64,000 nucleotides of DNA from contig OZ253553.1 in NCBI GenBank assembly GCA_965262715.1, positions 1,088,001 through 1,152,000 on the forward strand, read 5' to 3'. The notes under the pieces are model-generated. The model saw nothing but the letters and a program-made list of their open reading frames with translations, did not search any database and was not told the DNA's origin. Shown here in pieces: positions 31,561 to 40,893 of this stretch; position 1 is the first letter of the stretch, and every line of letters begins with the position of its first letter. A program made the position numbers and the translations under genes. Origin of the DNA: Bdellovibrionales bacterium. GTDB lineage: Bacteria > Bdellovibrionota > Bdellovibrionia > Bdellovibrionales > JAUICD01.

Positions 31561-32295
31561 TTATCCTTCCATTGTCTGTTGTTTGTATACCAGCTTAGAT
31601 GAATTCTTAGGAATGGACTCGTAAGTATAACTTAACCAGTTAAAAACCTTCAGAGATCCCTGATGAAGATCCTCAGAAAGTAAATTCGTTCTATTTTGTA
31701 AAATAGCAAACATAATCAAAGCTGGAATAGCCATAATTAAACCATAAGCAGTTGTGTTCATTGCCTCTGAAATACCTGCAGATAATAAAAGAGCTTTCTC
31801 CTCAAGCTGAACCGTGCCCACAGCAGAAAAAGCTTTGATCATACCTACAATAGTGCCTAAGAGACCTGCCAAAGTTCCTACATTGCCTAACATAGACAGA
31901 TAGCCAGTCCTCTTTTCTATACTGGCCTGCTCCTCTAACAAAATCTCATCCATCTTACCTTGAATCTCATGTTGACCTCCAAAGTTTATGGCTGCATTGG
32001 TTCCAGCAACAACGACCTTATTAATAGGGTCTTCAAAGCCTAAAGCCTTAGCCTTCTTTATAACACCATCTAAATTTCCTGTACGAATATCTTTTTCAAA
32101 TTGAAGTGCTATCCTTTTTTGAGTTACACTACGCTTTACATACAACGACCAAAGTCGATCAAAAATAACCACAAAAGAGACCATCTGAATCACAAAAATA
32201 AACCACATCCAAAATCCACCTTGGTGAAAAGCTATGGCGATTTGATGAAATATCTCTATTTTATGGAATGCCTCTACTGACAATAATGATCCCAT
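31561..32295 (-). CDS. MotA/TolQ/ExbB proton channel (AglR-like)
   Basis: GTLAGLLGTIVGMI and GISEAMNTTAYGL. Confidence 0.92.
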   Translation of the reverse strand: MGSLLSVEAFHKIEIFHQIAIAFHQGGFWMWFIFVIQMVSFVVIFDRLWSLYVKRSVTQKRIALQFEKDIRTGNLDGVIKKAKALGFEDPINKVVVAGTNAAINFGGQHEIQGKMDEILLEEQASIEKRTGYLSMLGNVGTLAGLLGTIVGMIKAFSAVGTVQLEEKALLLSAGISEAMNTTAYGLIMAIPALIMFAILQNRTNLLSEDLHQGSLKVFNWLSYTYESIPKNSSKLVYKQQTMEG

Positions 32296-32730
32296 AAGAA
32301 AAACTCCTCTTTAGTATTCTATATAATAATACGTGCAGTCCTTAGATAAATAAAGATATCTCATCAAATAAACTCTCTTTAAGACCTACTATAAATAAGC
32401 AAAATAGACTTTTATCTCTATATGAATCTCAATTAACCAAGACTTAACCTAGATACATCAATAAATAACAGGTTTCTTAGAGAAATAAAGACTGCGTAAG
32501 ATGAGTTAAATTTGTAAAAGTTGCGTAAGGTCAGTTATAATAACATCTCATAAATTCTAGATTTATAACTATGAAAGTTACCTTTATTTCCAAAAAGACC
32601 TTAAAACTCTCTCTTTTTTCTTGTAACCTTTTGCTTTTTTCCTATATAAGTTAGGTGATATATCAATTACTTGATTTAAATAATCCAAAACGTATAAATA
32701 TAAAAACAGTTAGAACTATGGAGGTTACAA

Positions 32731-33114
32731 ATGGTAAGTAGAGATATTGGACTTTTAATATTAAGAGTGGGTTGTGGAAGTATGATATTGCTTTTGCATG
32801 GATTACCAAAATTAATGTCTTTTACAGAAAGAATGGATAGTTTTCCTGACCCTCTTGGAATAGGTTCAGCAGCTAGTATGAGCCTTGTTATTTTTGCAGA
32901 GTTTTTTTGTTCTTGTGCTGTGATTCTTGGCCTATGGGTAAGATGGGCCACTCTTCCAATTGTTACTGCAATGGCAGTTGCAGGGTTTATTTTTCATGCA
33001 AATGATCCTTGGTCAACAAAAGAGCTACCGATCTTATACTTTGTCCTATTTTTAGCTCTGTTTTGCTTAAATGGTGGTAAATACTCTTTGGATAGATTGA
33101 TTGCCAAGATATAG
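32731..33114 (+). CDS. DoxX family membrane protein
   Basis: LLILRV..HGLPKL..AEF..G..R..KEL..GGKYSLD. Confidence 0.9.
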   Translation: MVSRDIGLLILRVGCGSMILLLHGLPKLMSFTERMDSFPDPLGIGSAASMSLVIFAEFFCSCAVILGLWVRWATLPIVTAMAVAGFIFHANDPWSTKELPILYFVLFLALFCLNGGKYSLDRLIAKI

Positions 33115-33137
33115 GTGTGTGTAATTTGAATATAAGC

Positions 33138-33953
33138 ATGAAATGCCATCTTGGAGTGGGGTTAAGACCGCCCCACTATAATGATGTATTAAATCATAAA
33201 GCTGTCCATCTCAATTGGTTTGAGGTGGTCTCTGAAAACTATATAGACAGTTTTGGCTATCCTAGAGAAGTTCTAAGAAGGGTAAGGCAATCTTATGAAG
33301 TCGCACTTCATGGAGTCTCTTTAAACATTGGCTCTGCAGATCCATTAAATTTTGAATATCTCAAAAAACTAAAGGATCTGTCTAAAGAAATCCAACCTTT
33401 TATTATATCAGATCATTGCTGTTTTACAGGAGTGGGTAAATTTAATGGCCATGATCTTTACCCCATACCCTATACAAAACAGTCCTTAAAACACATTGTA
33501 CAAAGACTTGACAAGGTTCAAGAATTTTTAAAAAGAGATATATTGATAGAAAATATATCTACCTACTTGCAGTTTAAAGAAAATGAATTTACAGAATGGG
33601 ATTTTTTAAATGAAATGGTGAAGCAATCAGGTTGCAGCTTGCTTTTAGATTTAAATAATTTATTTGTGAATTCTTTTAATCATAATTTTGATCCTTATCA
33701 GTTCTTAAACAATATAAATCTATCTTCTGTTAAACAAATCCATCTAGCAGGATTTACTGACAGAAAGACATATTACTTTGACACACACTCCTGTTTAGTT
33801 TCTAAAGAAGTTTGGTCTCTTTATAAAGAGTTTTGTAAGAAGGGTTATAAGGCTCCAGTTTTATTAGAATGGGATGAAGACATTCCCTCTTTTCAAAAAT
33901 TACAAAAAGAAGTTCTTAAAGCTAAAAAATATATGAAGATAAGCCAATTATGA
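33138..33953 (+). CDS. DUF692 multinuclear non-heme iron oxidative enzyme (MNIO, BufB-like)
   Basis: GVGLR, EVVSENY, LHGVSL, SDH, ENI, LDLNN, IHLAG, DTH and LEWD. Confidence 0.92.
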   Translation: MKCHLGVGLRPPHYNDVLNHKAVHLNWFEVVSENYIDSFGYPREVLRRVRQSYEVALHGVSLNIGSADPLNFEYLKKLKDLSKEIQPFIISDHCCFTGVGKFNGHDLYPIPYTKQSLKHIVQRLDKVQEFLKRDILIENISTYLQFKENEFTEWDFLNEMVKQSGCSLLLDLNNLFVNSFNHNFDPYQFLNNINLSSVKQIHLAGFTDRKTYYFDTHSCLVSKEVWSLYKEFCKKGYKAPVLLEWDEDIPSFQKLQKEVLKAKKYMKISQL

Positions 33954-34699
33954 AAAAATCTCTTTTAAAGCAACAAAAGCAATTTTTATCTCAAGTTATC
34001 GATAATACAAAAGTTACAAAAGACATCATAGGAGCTACAAGTCTTTCTGGAAAGCAAGCTATATCTATCTATCAAGAAGCTTATTTTGCTCGATTACAAG
34101 AAGTCTTGTCAGAAAAGTACGAAAGCATTCGACATATCTTAGGAGATGATAAATTTTACAATATCTCTCAAAAATATATCAAACAGAATAAGTCTACAGA
34201 CTACAACTTAGAAAATTATGGTAAAGGATTTAGCAGTTTTTTAAAAAAAGAGCAAAAAATAAAAAAAGATTTCCCTTTTTTAATAGGCTTAAGCGAATTT
34301 GAAAATCTTATGGATCAAGTTTTTCATGCCCCAACAGAAAAACTTAAAAAATACAATGAGAAAACATTTCCAAAACTTAAAGGAACATCCCGTTTTAAGT
34401 TAGCTTCTTATGTAAAGCTACCTATTTTTCAATACAATATTTATGATATTTGGAAAGCCACTCAAGAAAATTCTCAAATTGATATTCTATCAATAACTCA
34501 ATATTTGCTCATTTCTAAAAACAAAAATACTGTTTTTGTTCGAGAAATTGACGGGCTCACATCACATATCCTTAAAAGTTCTTTAAAAGGACAAAACCTA
34601 TCTGAAATTATGAATAGCTATAGAAATATAACCTTTAATGATTTACTATCAAGCTTAGAAAATATTCTTGATTCTTATATCTTGGTTAAAGTTATTTAG
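33950..34699 (+). CDS. DUF2063 MNIO partner protein (BufC-like)
   Basis: IYQEAYFARL...LG...F...Y...NLENYG..F; ATGA overlap with DUF692. Confidence 0.85.
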   Translation: MKKSLLKQQKQFLSQVIDNTKVTKDIIGATSLSGKQAISIYQEAYFARLQEVLSEKYESIRHILGDDKFYNISQKYIKQNKSTDYNLENYGKGFSSFLKKEQKIKKDFPFLIGLSEFENLMDQVFHAPTEKLKKYNEKTFPKLKGTSRFKLASYVKLPIFQYNIYDIWKATQENSQIDILSITQYLLISKNKNTVFVREIDGLTSHILKSSLKGQNLSEIMNSYRNITFNDLLSSLENILDSYILVKVI

Positions 34700-34711
34700 A
34701 ACTTCTTTTAT

Positions 34712-35308
34712 TTAAAACCTTTGAGATAACTTAGAAATTTCTTTTTTATTAATGGAGCGATTTTGGATAAGGTGCTTTTTGTTGAAAATTTGTGGAGAAT
34801 ATTTTTGTTTACTCTCTATTGTTGCTCCTTCCTCTAGGCAATGAGAACAAATACCATAAAGCTCCATCAAATGATCCGTTAATTTAAATCCAAAATTTAA
34901 AGCTACCTGTTGTTGCAGTCTTTCAATACTTTTATTTTCAAACTCATAAATGGTGTGACAGTTTAGACAAGTTAAATGGTCATGATGCTGTTGATTTGCC
35001 CATTCATACCTAGCCGGCAGTCCTCCTATACGAATTTCTGTAATATAACCACTTTTTGCTAAGTCCCTTAAAAAACGATATACTGTGGCAAAACCTATTT
35101 CTAAGTCCTCTGCATTCTCTTTTTTTAAGTCCTCAAAAATCACTTTGGCAGAAAAATGATTACCTCTTTTTAAAAGTGCATGCAATATTGCAAGACGTTG
35201 TTTCGTAACCTTTAATCCTAAACTTCTGATAATCTCTGTGATCTCTCTTGATATTTTTTGATCTTTATTCGATCTTCTTGGTAAAACCATAAAATCTGAT
35301 AGAGACAT
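34712..35308 (-). CDS. fur: Fur family transcriptional regulator
   Basis: GLKVTKQRLAIL, ATVYR, HHDHLTCLNC and YGICSHC. Confidence 0.88.
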   Translation of the reverse strand: MSLSDFMVLPRRSNKDQKISREITEIIRSLGLKVTKQRLAILHALLKRGNHFSAKVIFEDLKKENAEDLEIGFATVYRFLRDLAKSGYITEIRIGGLPARYEWANQQHHDHLTCLNCHTIYEFENKSIERLQQQVALNFGFKLTDHLMELYGICSHCLEEGATIESKQKYSPQIFNKKHLIQNRSINKKEISKLSQRF

Positions 35309-35345
35309 AAAATCCCCTTATATTGTCCTCTTATATATCTTTAAA

Positions 35346-35366
35346 TGATAATAATTCTTATTATCA
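35346..35366. promoter_or_regulatory. Fur box upstream of fur
   Basis: Palindrome TGATAATAA-TTC-TTATTATCA; 15/19 match to GATAATGATAATCATTATC. Confidence 0.75.
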
Positions 35367-35554
35367 GAAAACCCATAGGTCAAGAAGATTCATTCATATA
35401 ATTTTTATGAGTCAATACAGGTGCTTTTATCTTCTTGCAGTGCATTGAAACTGCTTTTTAAAGTGCGTGTTGGGTACTTTTGATTTTCTTGGACATTTAA
35501 CCGACCTTAAGCAATCTTTATAATTTTTAAGAGATTTGTTGTTGTATCTATAAT

Positions 35555-35926
35555 CTATAATTGACGAAAATCTTTAATTTCTACAAGAGGATCTTCCCCT
35601 TTGTAAAAGTAATTGATCACATCTATCCATGTCCAAGGCTCATGAATATTATTTGGAACTTTAGCCCCTTCCGTAGGACGATTATCATTTGAAGCAGGCC
35701 AACCATATTGAGTTAAATAATTGGCTGCATGTTGAGGCATCCCATAACCATGATTATTTATGATTCTTCTACGACGAATTACCTCAGAATATCTGTTACC
35801 GAAGCTTGGTAATGTAATTTTGATTTTCGGATTGGTTGCCTCACAATCCCTCCCTTGCTTATCATTAAAAAAAGCCAAAATTTTCAATGAATTTACGAAA
35901 CAAAAGAGGGAATCATGAGTTACCAT
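35555..35926 (-). pseudogene. C-terminal remnant of a SpoIID/LytB-domain protein
   Basis: HGYGMPQHAA...INYFYKG resembles the GHGVGMSQxGA...ILxxYYxG motif; 5' part replaced by transposon DNA. Confidence 0.5.
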
Positions 35927-36039
35927 AGTATCTTAGAATATATCAATGAATTAGCCAAGTTCTACTTTGTATCTCAGAAAGCTAAAAAGACTGAGATGCT
36001 AAATCATGCTACCGAAATCACCGGACTTCACCGAAAAAC
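35915..36039 (+). pseudogene. N-terminal fragment of an integrase-core (ISNCY-like) transposase, interrupted by an IS
   Basis: Y..SQKAKKTEMLNHATEITGLHRKT breaks exactly at the IS end at 36040. Confidence 0.5.
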
Positions 36040-37356
36040 GGCCTTGTTGCACAAACATCATTTAGTTTATAAGCCAGAGATTTGTGAAAGGCATTTTCCA
36101 TAGTCCTTAGAGGGCCCCCGTGCCTTGTATTGCTATTATTTTAAGATTTTATTATAGAATAAAATAGTTTAAGAGATATTTACCCTAAGCCGCTAGCCTA
36201 GTCCTATTTCAGAAGTCTTTCACAAATCTCATTCTTAAATTTTTATGCAATAAGATCTTTTATGAGTTTGATATATCTATTACTTTGATTTTTTGTTTTT
36301 AATGATTATAAAATTTACCCATCCCCAACTTTCACAATCACTAAATCAGAAGGAGCTAGAGATGGGTAAAAATAAAAAAATAAACTGGAGTCTTTATAAT
36401 AAGTCTCTAGTCAATAGAGGTCAAATCACTTTTTGGTTTTCAGCAAATATCGTCAAATCTTGGTATGCAAAATGTTCTTCAAAGCAAGGGGGTCAACAAG
36501 TTTACTCTGATAAAGCTATTGAAACTCTTAATATATTAAGATTCATATTTGGTTTAAAATTGCGATCTACAGAAGGTTTTGCTAAATCCCTAGTTGAACT
36601 TATGGGTCTTGATATAGAAATACCTAATTATACAACTCTTTGCAGAAGATTACAGAAGTTATCAGTAAAACTAGAAAGAAAGCTATCTTCTCACAAGAAT
36701 CCTCATATTGTCATTGATTCCACAGGTCTTAAAGTTTATGGGGAGGGAGAGTGGAAAGTCCGTCAGCATGGGTATTCTAAGAGGAGGACATGGAAGAAGC
36801 TACATTTAGCGGTAGATGAGTCAAATTCCCAGATTAAGGCATCTGTTTTGAGTGATAATTCTGTAAAGGATAATGAGGTTTTTGAAGAGTTATTGACAGG
36901 ATATGAAGATGAGATAGGCCAAGTTTCAGTTGATGGGGCTTATGACTGTAAGAATTGTTATCAGTTTACAAGTGATAGAAGTATAAAATTGGTTGCTCCA
37001 CCTAGAAAGAATGCTGTGATTAAGAGGCATGGAAATTGTCGGGGATCGCCGCTTCTTAGAGATACTTATATTAGAGAAATCAAGAAGATGGGTAGAAAGA
37101 AGTGGAAAAAAAAACATAAATATCACAGGAGGTCTATATCAGAAACAGCTATGTATAGATTTAAAACTTTATTAGGTGATAAATTATCTTCTAGAGAATT
37201 TCATCGTCAAGCAAATGAAGTGTTTATTAAATGTAAAATCCTTAATCAGATGATTGTGCCTTCTTCTCTTTCAGCTTGATAAAAAAATATTAAGTAACAA
37301 TCTTACTTAAAAAATAAATAAAATAAAAACTATTTAAATCTTTGTGCAACAAGGCC
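36040..37356 (+). mobile_element. IS5 family, IS903 group element
   Basis: Perfect 16-bp TIR GGCCTTGTTGCACAAA / TTTGTGCAACAAGGCC; no target duplication seen. Confidence 0.9.
36361..37279 (+). CDS. IS5/IS903 transposase
   Basis: NWSLYNKSLVNRG, IDSTGLKVYGEGEW, WKKLHLAVD, DGAYD and YHRRSISETAMYRFK. Confidence 0.95.
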
Positions 37357-37414
37357 TTTTTATACTATAAATAAATACTCATAGGCTTATTTTAGATAGA
37401 GATATTGGATTTTT

Positions 37415-38326
37415 ATGCAGAAACCTATTCAGATCACTCAAGTTATTGAAGATAGTGCAAAAGAAATTTATCCTTTTCTTCGCTTTGCTTTTTTTTGGTT
37501 ATTTTTACTTCTATCTCCCTTTCTACTCAGTAATTTGTTGTTGGTAGCTTTTCCTTCTTTATTTTTGTTAGAACATGTATTAGTTGTAACTGATGGGTTT
37601 GGTTATCTTGTATGGATTATATCAATACCTTACTTGCTACAATGTTTTTACAAAAACAAACCGCCTTCTTTTATTCAAATCCTTCAGCAACTCAAAGCAC
37701 ATTTTTTCCCAATATTGATTGAGGTATTGAGGATCGCTGGCCGTCTCATTTTTATTGCTTTTCTCCTTGCAATCATCTTAATTATTCCAGCCTTTATATT
37801 TGCTTCCCTTCCTGTGTTTTCCGATCGTCAATTTCTTGCTATTATTTTGAGTCCTATATTTTTTTCACTTGTGTTAACAGTCATGTTTGCATTTACTTTT
37901 GTGTGGCCACGTTTTTTGTTTATCCCTTTAATTTGTCTATTTAATAAGTCTTATCAAAAAAAACAGATTGATGTCCTTGAGTACTCTAAAGTTTTGACTG
38001 AAGGCTACAGATCCTCCATCTTTATTTGGATTTTTACTATACTCTTTATTATTAAGTTTCTTAATCTTTTTCCTTATATCTTGTTTATTCTGCGCTCTCC
38101 CCATAGACTTCTCTACCTCGATTTGGAGCTGCCATACGAAGAAATCAGTTCTTTAACCTTAGAAGAGTGGGTTTTATCATCCTTCTCTTCCTACTTTTTT
38201 GTTCCTTTTTCTATTATAGTTTATTATAAGTTCTATATGCTTTTGGAAGGCAGACTTCAAGACTTAGACACTGAAGAGCTTAATAAAAAAGAAGGGATAA
38301 GTAACTTCTTTAAAGTTCTATTTTAA
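37415..38326 (+). CDS. Multi-pass membrane protein, paralog of 50401-51258
   Basis: Shared PFLRFAFFWLF, RFLFIPLI, LEYSK.LT.GYR and IVYYKFY. Confidence 0.75.
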   Translation: MQKPIQITQVIEDSAKEIYPFLRFAFFWLFLLLSPFLLSNLLLVAFPSLFLLEHVLVVTDGFGYLVWIISIPYLLQCFYKNKPPSFIQILQQLKAHFFPILIEVLRIAGRLIFIAFLLAIILIIPAFIFASLPVFSDRQFLAIILSPIFFSLVLTVMFAFTFVWPRFLFIPLICLFNKSYQKKQIDVLEYSKVLTEGYRSSIFIWIFTILFIIKFLNLFPYILFILRSPHRLLYLDLELPYEEISSLTLEEWVLSSFSSYFFVPFSIIVYYKFYMLLEGRLQDLDTEELNKKEGISNFFKVLF

Positions 38327-38330
38327 ATTT

Positions 38331-38552
38331 GGTGGATTCAAGTTGTAAGTGCAACTCCTTGCATAGTTGTTTAAAGGGGGTTAGAGGAATACTCTAATCA
38401 ATAACTTTACATAACGAAAGGAGTATTCCATGAGTAAGTACACTCATCTAACCCAATATGAGAGATACCAAATTTTAGCTTTTTTGAAAAGTGGAAATTC
38501 ATTACATGAAGACCCTCTGCTGCTAGTAAAAAAGCCTGCCAAAAGACACTAA
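38331..38552 (+). pseudogene. IS30 family left end with truncated transposase
   Basis: End GGTGGATTCAAGTTGTAAGTGCAAC; ORF from 38430 reads MSKYTHLTQYERYQI (HTH_38-like) and then degenerates. Confidence 0.7.
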
Positions 38553-39001
38553 TGATAACTAATGTATCTCTAACAAATCAAAAATACAATTTCAATTTCT
38601 CTTTAAAAAAAATTCTTTAATCTCTCACAAGATTAAGAAATCCCATTGCATATTAAAAAACAAATAAGCTTTTATATCTGATTGAAAAGTAGAGTAGAGA
38701 TAAGATGTTGAATTTATCTCTTTTTTCTGTTTTTTCTTCTGACTTTAAATTACGAGAAGATTGACTAGGTGATGCCATATCCCTAGTTGCTTTGATAATA
38801 GCAAAATACTAAATAACAAACTTAAAAAATAAATGAAAATACAATCTACTTAAAGGTTCATGCAATAACGGTCTTTCCAATTCAAAATTGAGGGACCATC
38901 TTATTTTTAAGAGAGGTACAGCTCTTAGACGTTGTTATTTCAATGATTATTGTTTTTCGGATTGTCAGTGGAATAATCGTTAAGAAACTGACCTTATCGA
39001 T

Positions 39002-39820
39002 TTAGCCATCTGCGAACATGCGCGAGTGGTTAAGTATTGCTGCACCTAGTCCAACGGTTAGAGCATCAATAACATCTAAATATTTTTCTCCAGAGTGTTC
39101 ATTGCAATAGATTTTCTTGATTTCAGTTGGAAGTACCAAAATATCTTCGGGTCTGGCGCAAACGTGATGGGCCAAGTACCCTCTTCCAAAAAAGACTTTA
39201 TTCTCTTCTGTCGTATTAATAATATCTGGTAATTTTATTTTTAAAAGCTGAGATAGCCATTCTTGAATTTGATTTCTATATCTCCTAGATAGCTGCTTTG
39301 TCCCAACATTAAATACTGGAGCATCCTCCCCGATTCGTTTAAAATTGTAGGAGTGAATATCATAAACGACACATTTAGAGAACTTTTGAGTGATTTTTGT
39401 TAAAAGCGCATCAAAAATCTTATAAAAGAAAGCGTGTTTTTCTCTGGATACTCTTAAATCGTCTTCGCTCAATTTTTCTTTCCAAACAGTTTGTCCCCAA
39501 GCTTTATCTTCATAAACACACGCATCAGACTTTCTATTGAGATCATATTCATAGCGACTGTCTTTGGCCACAATCCTAATAGGCATTGAAAAAATAAAAT
39601 CACCTGTTAAAGGGTCTTCTTCCCTCCACCTCTGAATATCTGTGAGCGCACACTTGCTCTTTAAACTTTCGCGTAAGTTCGTGCCATGGTGAATGGCAGC
39701 GCACACAAAGGGTTGGTATTTATTAATTTCTATAAAAAATGAATTGTCGAAGGATGTACATGAAAAAGTTCTTTCATTTTCAATGTTTGATAAAATTTCA
39801 CTGGCCTCAAGTGCTATCAT
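39002..39820 (-). CDS. N-formylglutamate amidohydrolase family protein
   Basis: AIHHG, EEDPLT, SRYEYDLNR, YDIHSYN, FNVGT and PTEIKK. Confidence 0.88.
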   Translation of the reverse strand: MIALEASEILSNIENERTFSCTSFDNSFFIEINKYQPFVCAAIHHGTNLRESLKSKCALTDIQRWREEDPLTGDFIFSMPIRIVAKDSRYEYDLNRKSDACVYEDKAWGQTVWKEKLSEDDLRVSREKHAFFYKIFDALLTKITQKFSKCVVYDIHSYNFKRIGEDAPVFNVGTKQLSRRYRNQIQEWLSQLLKIKLPDIINTTEENKVFFGRGYLAHHVCARPEDILVLPTEIKKIYCNEHSGEKYLDVIDALTVGLGAAILNHSRMFADG

Positions 39821-39841
39821 TTGCCATCCTCTCCAAAATTT

Positions 39842-40882
39842 CTATAATGTTGTCATTTCTCGGTTGTCGAAACTTCTATGATAATAACTCATATATCGCA
39901 CCTTGTTTTCAAAAGAATCAATCACCGCATCTGAAAAATTCACTTTCTCAAATTGTTGCGCGCTTCCAAGACCACCTGGACTAAACACGTTTATTTCCAT
40001 AAGTTTATTTCCAACAATATCTAGCCCAACTAAGAACATTCCATCTTGAACTAGCTTGGGTCTTACCATTTCTGCAAGTTCGAGGTGTTCATCGGTTATA
40101 ATTGCAGCAGCCTTTTTTCCACCAGCGTGGATATTACTTCGAATATCGTCACCTTGTCGAAGTCGTTGAAACGCCGCATATTTACCTTTGTGTTTAAGGG
40201 GTATTCCATTCATCATAAACAGCCTTATATCGCCCACCGAGGCCGCAGTGAGATACTCTTGGCCAATGATATACCCTCCTTTAGACAATGATTCAATAAT
40301 TTGGTTTAAATTAGACTTGTCGTGTTTGGTTAACTTAAAAACACCAGAACCACCTGATCCTTGCAAGGGCTTTAGAATGGCTTGACCACCCATTTCATCA
40401 ATAAAGTCAGTTAACCTTTCACGTTTTCGAGTAATAATGGTTTTTGGTCTAACTTGCTCTGGAAAAGTCTGGAAATAAGCTTTGTTCATAGCCTTCGAAA
40501 GACCGTTTGGATCGTTAAGTACTATAACCCCATGTCTCATGGCGATACGTCCAAAATCTAATCCCGCCATTTGTCTCCATAGTTTCTTGTCGTCAGAGGG
40601 GTTATTTCTTAACATCAAAATATCTAAGTCATCAACAGTGATATTCTCCGCTCTAGCTTTCGGCCCATTAAGATCAGCTAAGTACTGTTCTCCCTTTTTG
40701 TAATTTTGTCCTGGGGCCATACGAGCCAAGGCATGTATTTTTTCATCAAGGCCATAGGATAAATCTCCAACGCCAAAGACCCATGCCTCATGACCTCTTT
40801 TCAATGCGCTTATAGCCAATCTTGAGGTGGTGTATCCAGCCCCTTCAGTTATGAAATCGTTGATCAAGAATCCTACTCTCAT
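39842..40882 (-). CDS. Glutathione synthetase-like ATP-grasp ligase
   Basis: MLRNNP, LNDPNGL, ILKPLQGSGG, QEYL, GDIRL and GLDIVGNKLMEINVFSPGG. Confidence 0.88.
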   Translation of the reverse strand: MRVGFLINDFITEGAGYTTSRLAISALKRGHEAWVFGVGDLSYGLDEKIHALARMAPGQNYKKGEQYLADLNGPKARAENITVDDLDILMLRNNPSDDKKLWRQMAGLDFGRIAMRHGVIVLNDPNGLSKAMNKAYFQTFPEQVRPKTIITRKRERLTDFIDEMGGQAILKPLQGSGGSGVFKLTKHDKSNLNQIIESLSKGGYIIGQEYLTAASVGDIRLFMMNGIPLKHKGKYAAFQRLRQGDDIRSNIHAGGKKAAAIITDEHLELAEMVRPKLVQDGMFLVGLDIVGNKLMEINVFSPGGLGSAQQFEKVNFSDAVIDSFENKVRYMSYYHRSFDNREMTTL

Positions 40883-40893
40883 AGTAATCTCCC

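Noticed and set aside
32571..32654. 27-codon ORF (MKVTFISKK...) as the MNIO precursor
   Set aside because: No clear RBS, a single Cys, no bufferin-like core; it overlaps the probable promoter
39842..40882. Assigning the symbol gshB
   Set aside because: Homology is clear, but the operon context and the absence of gshA here leave the substrate uncertain
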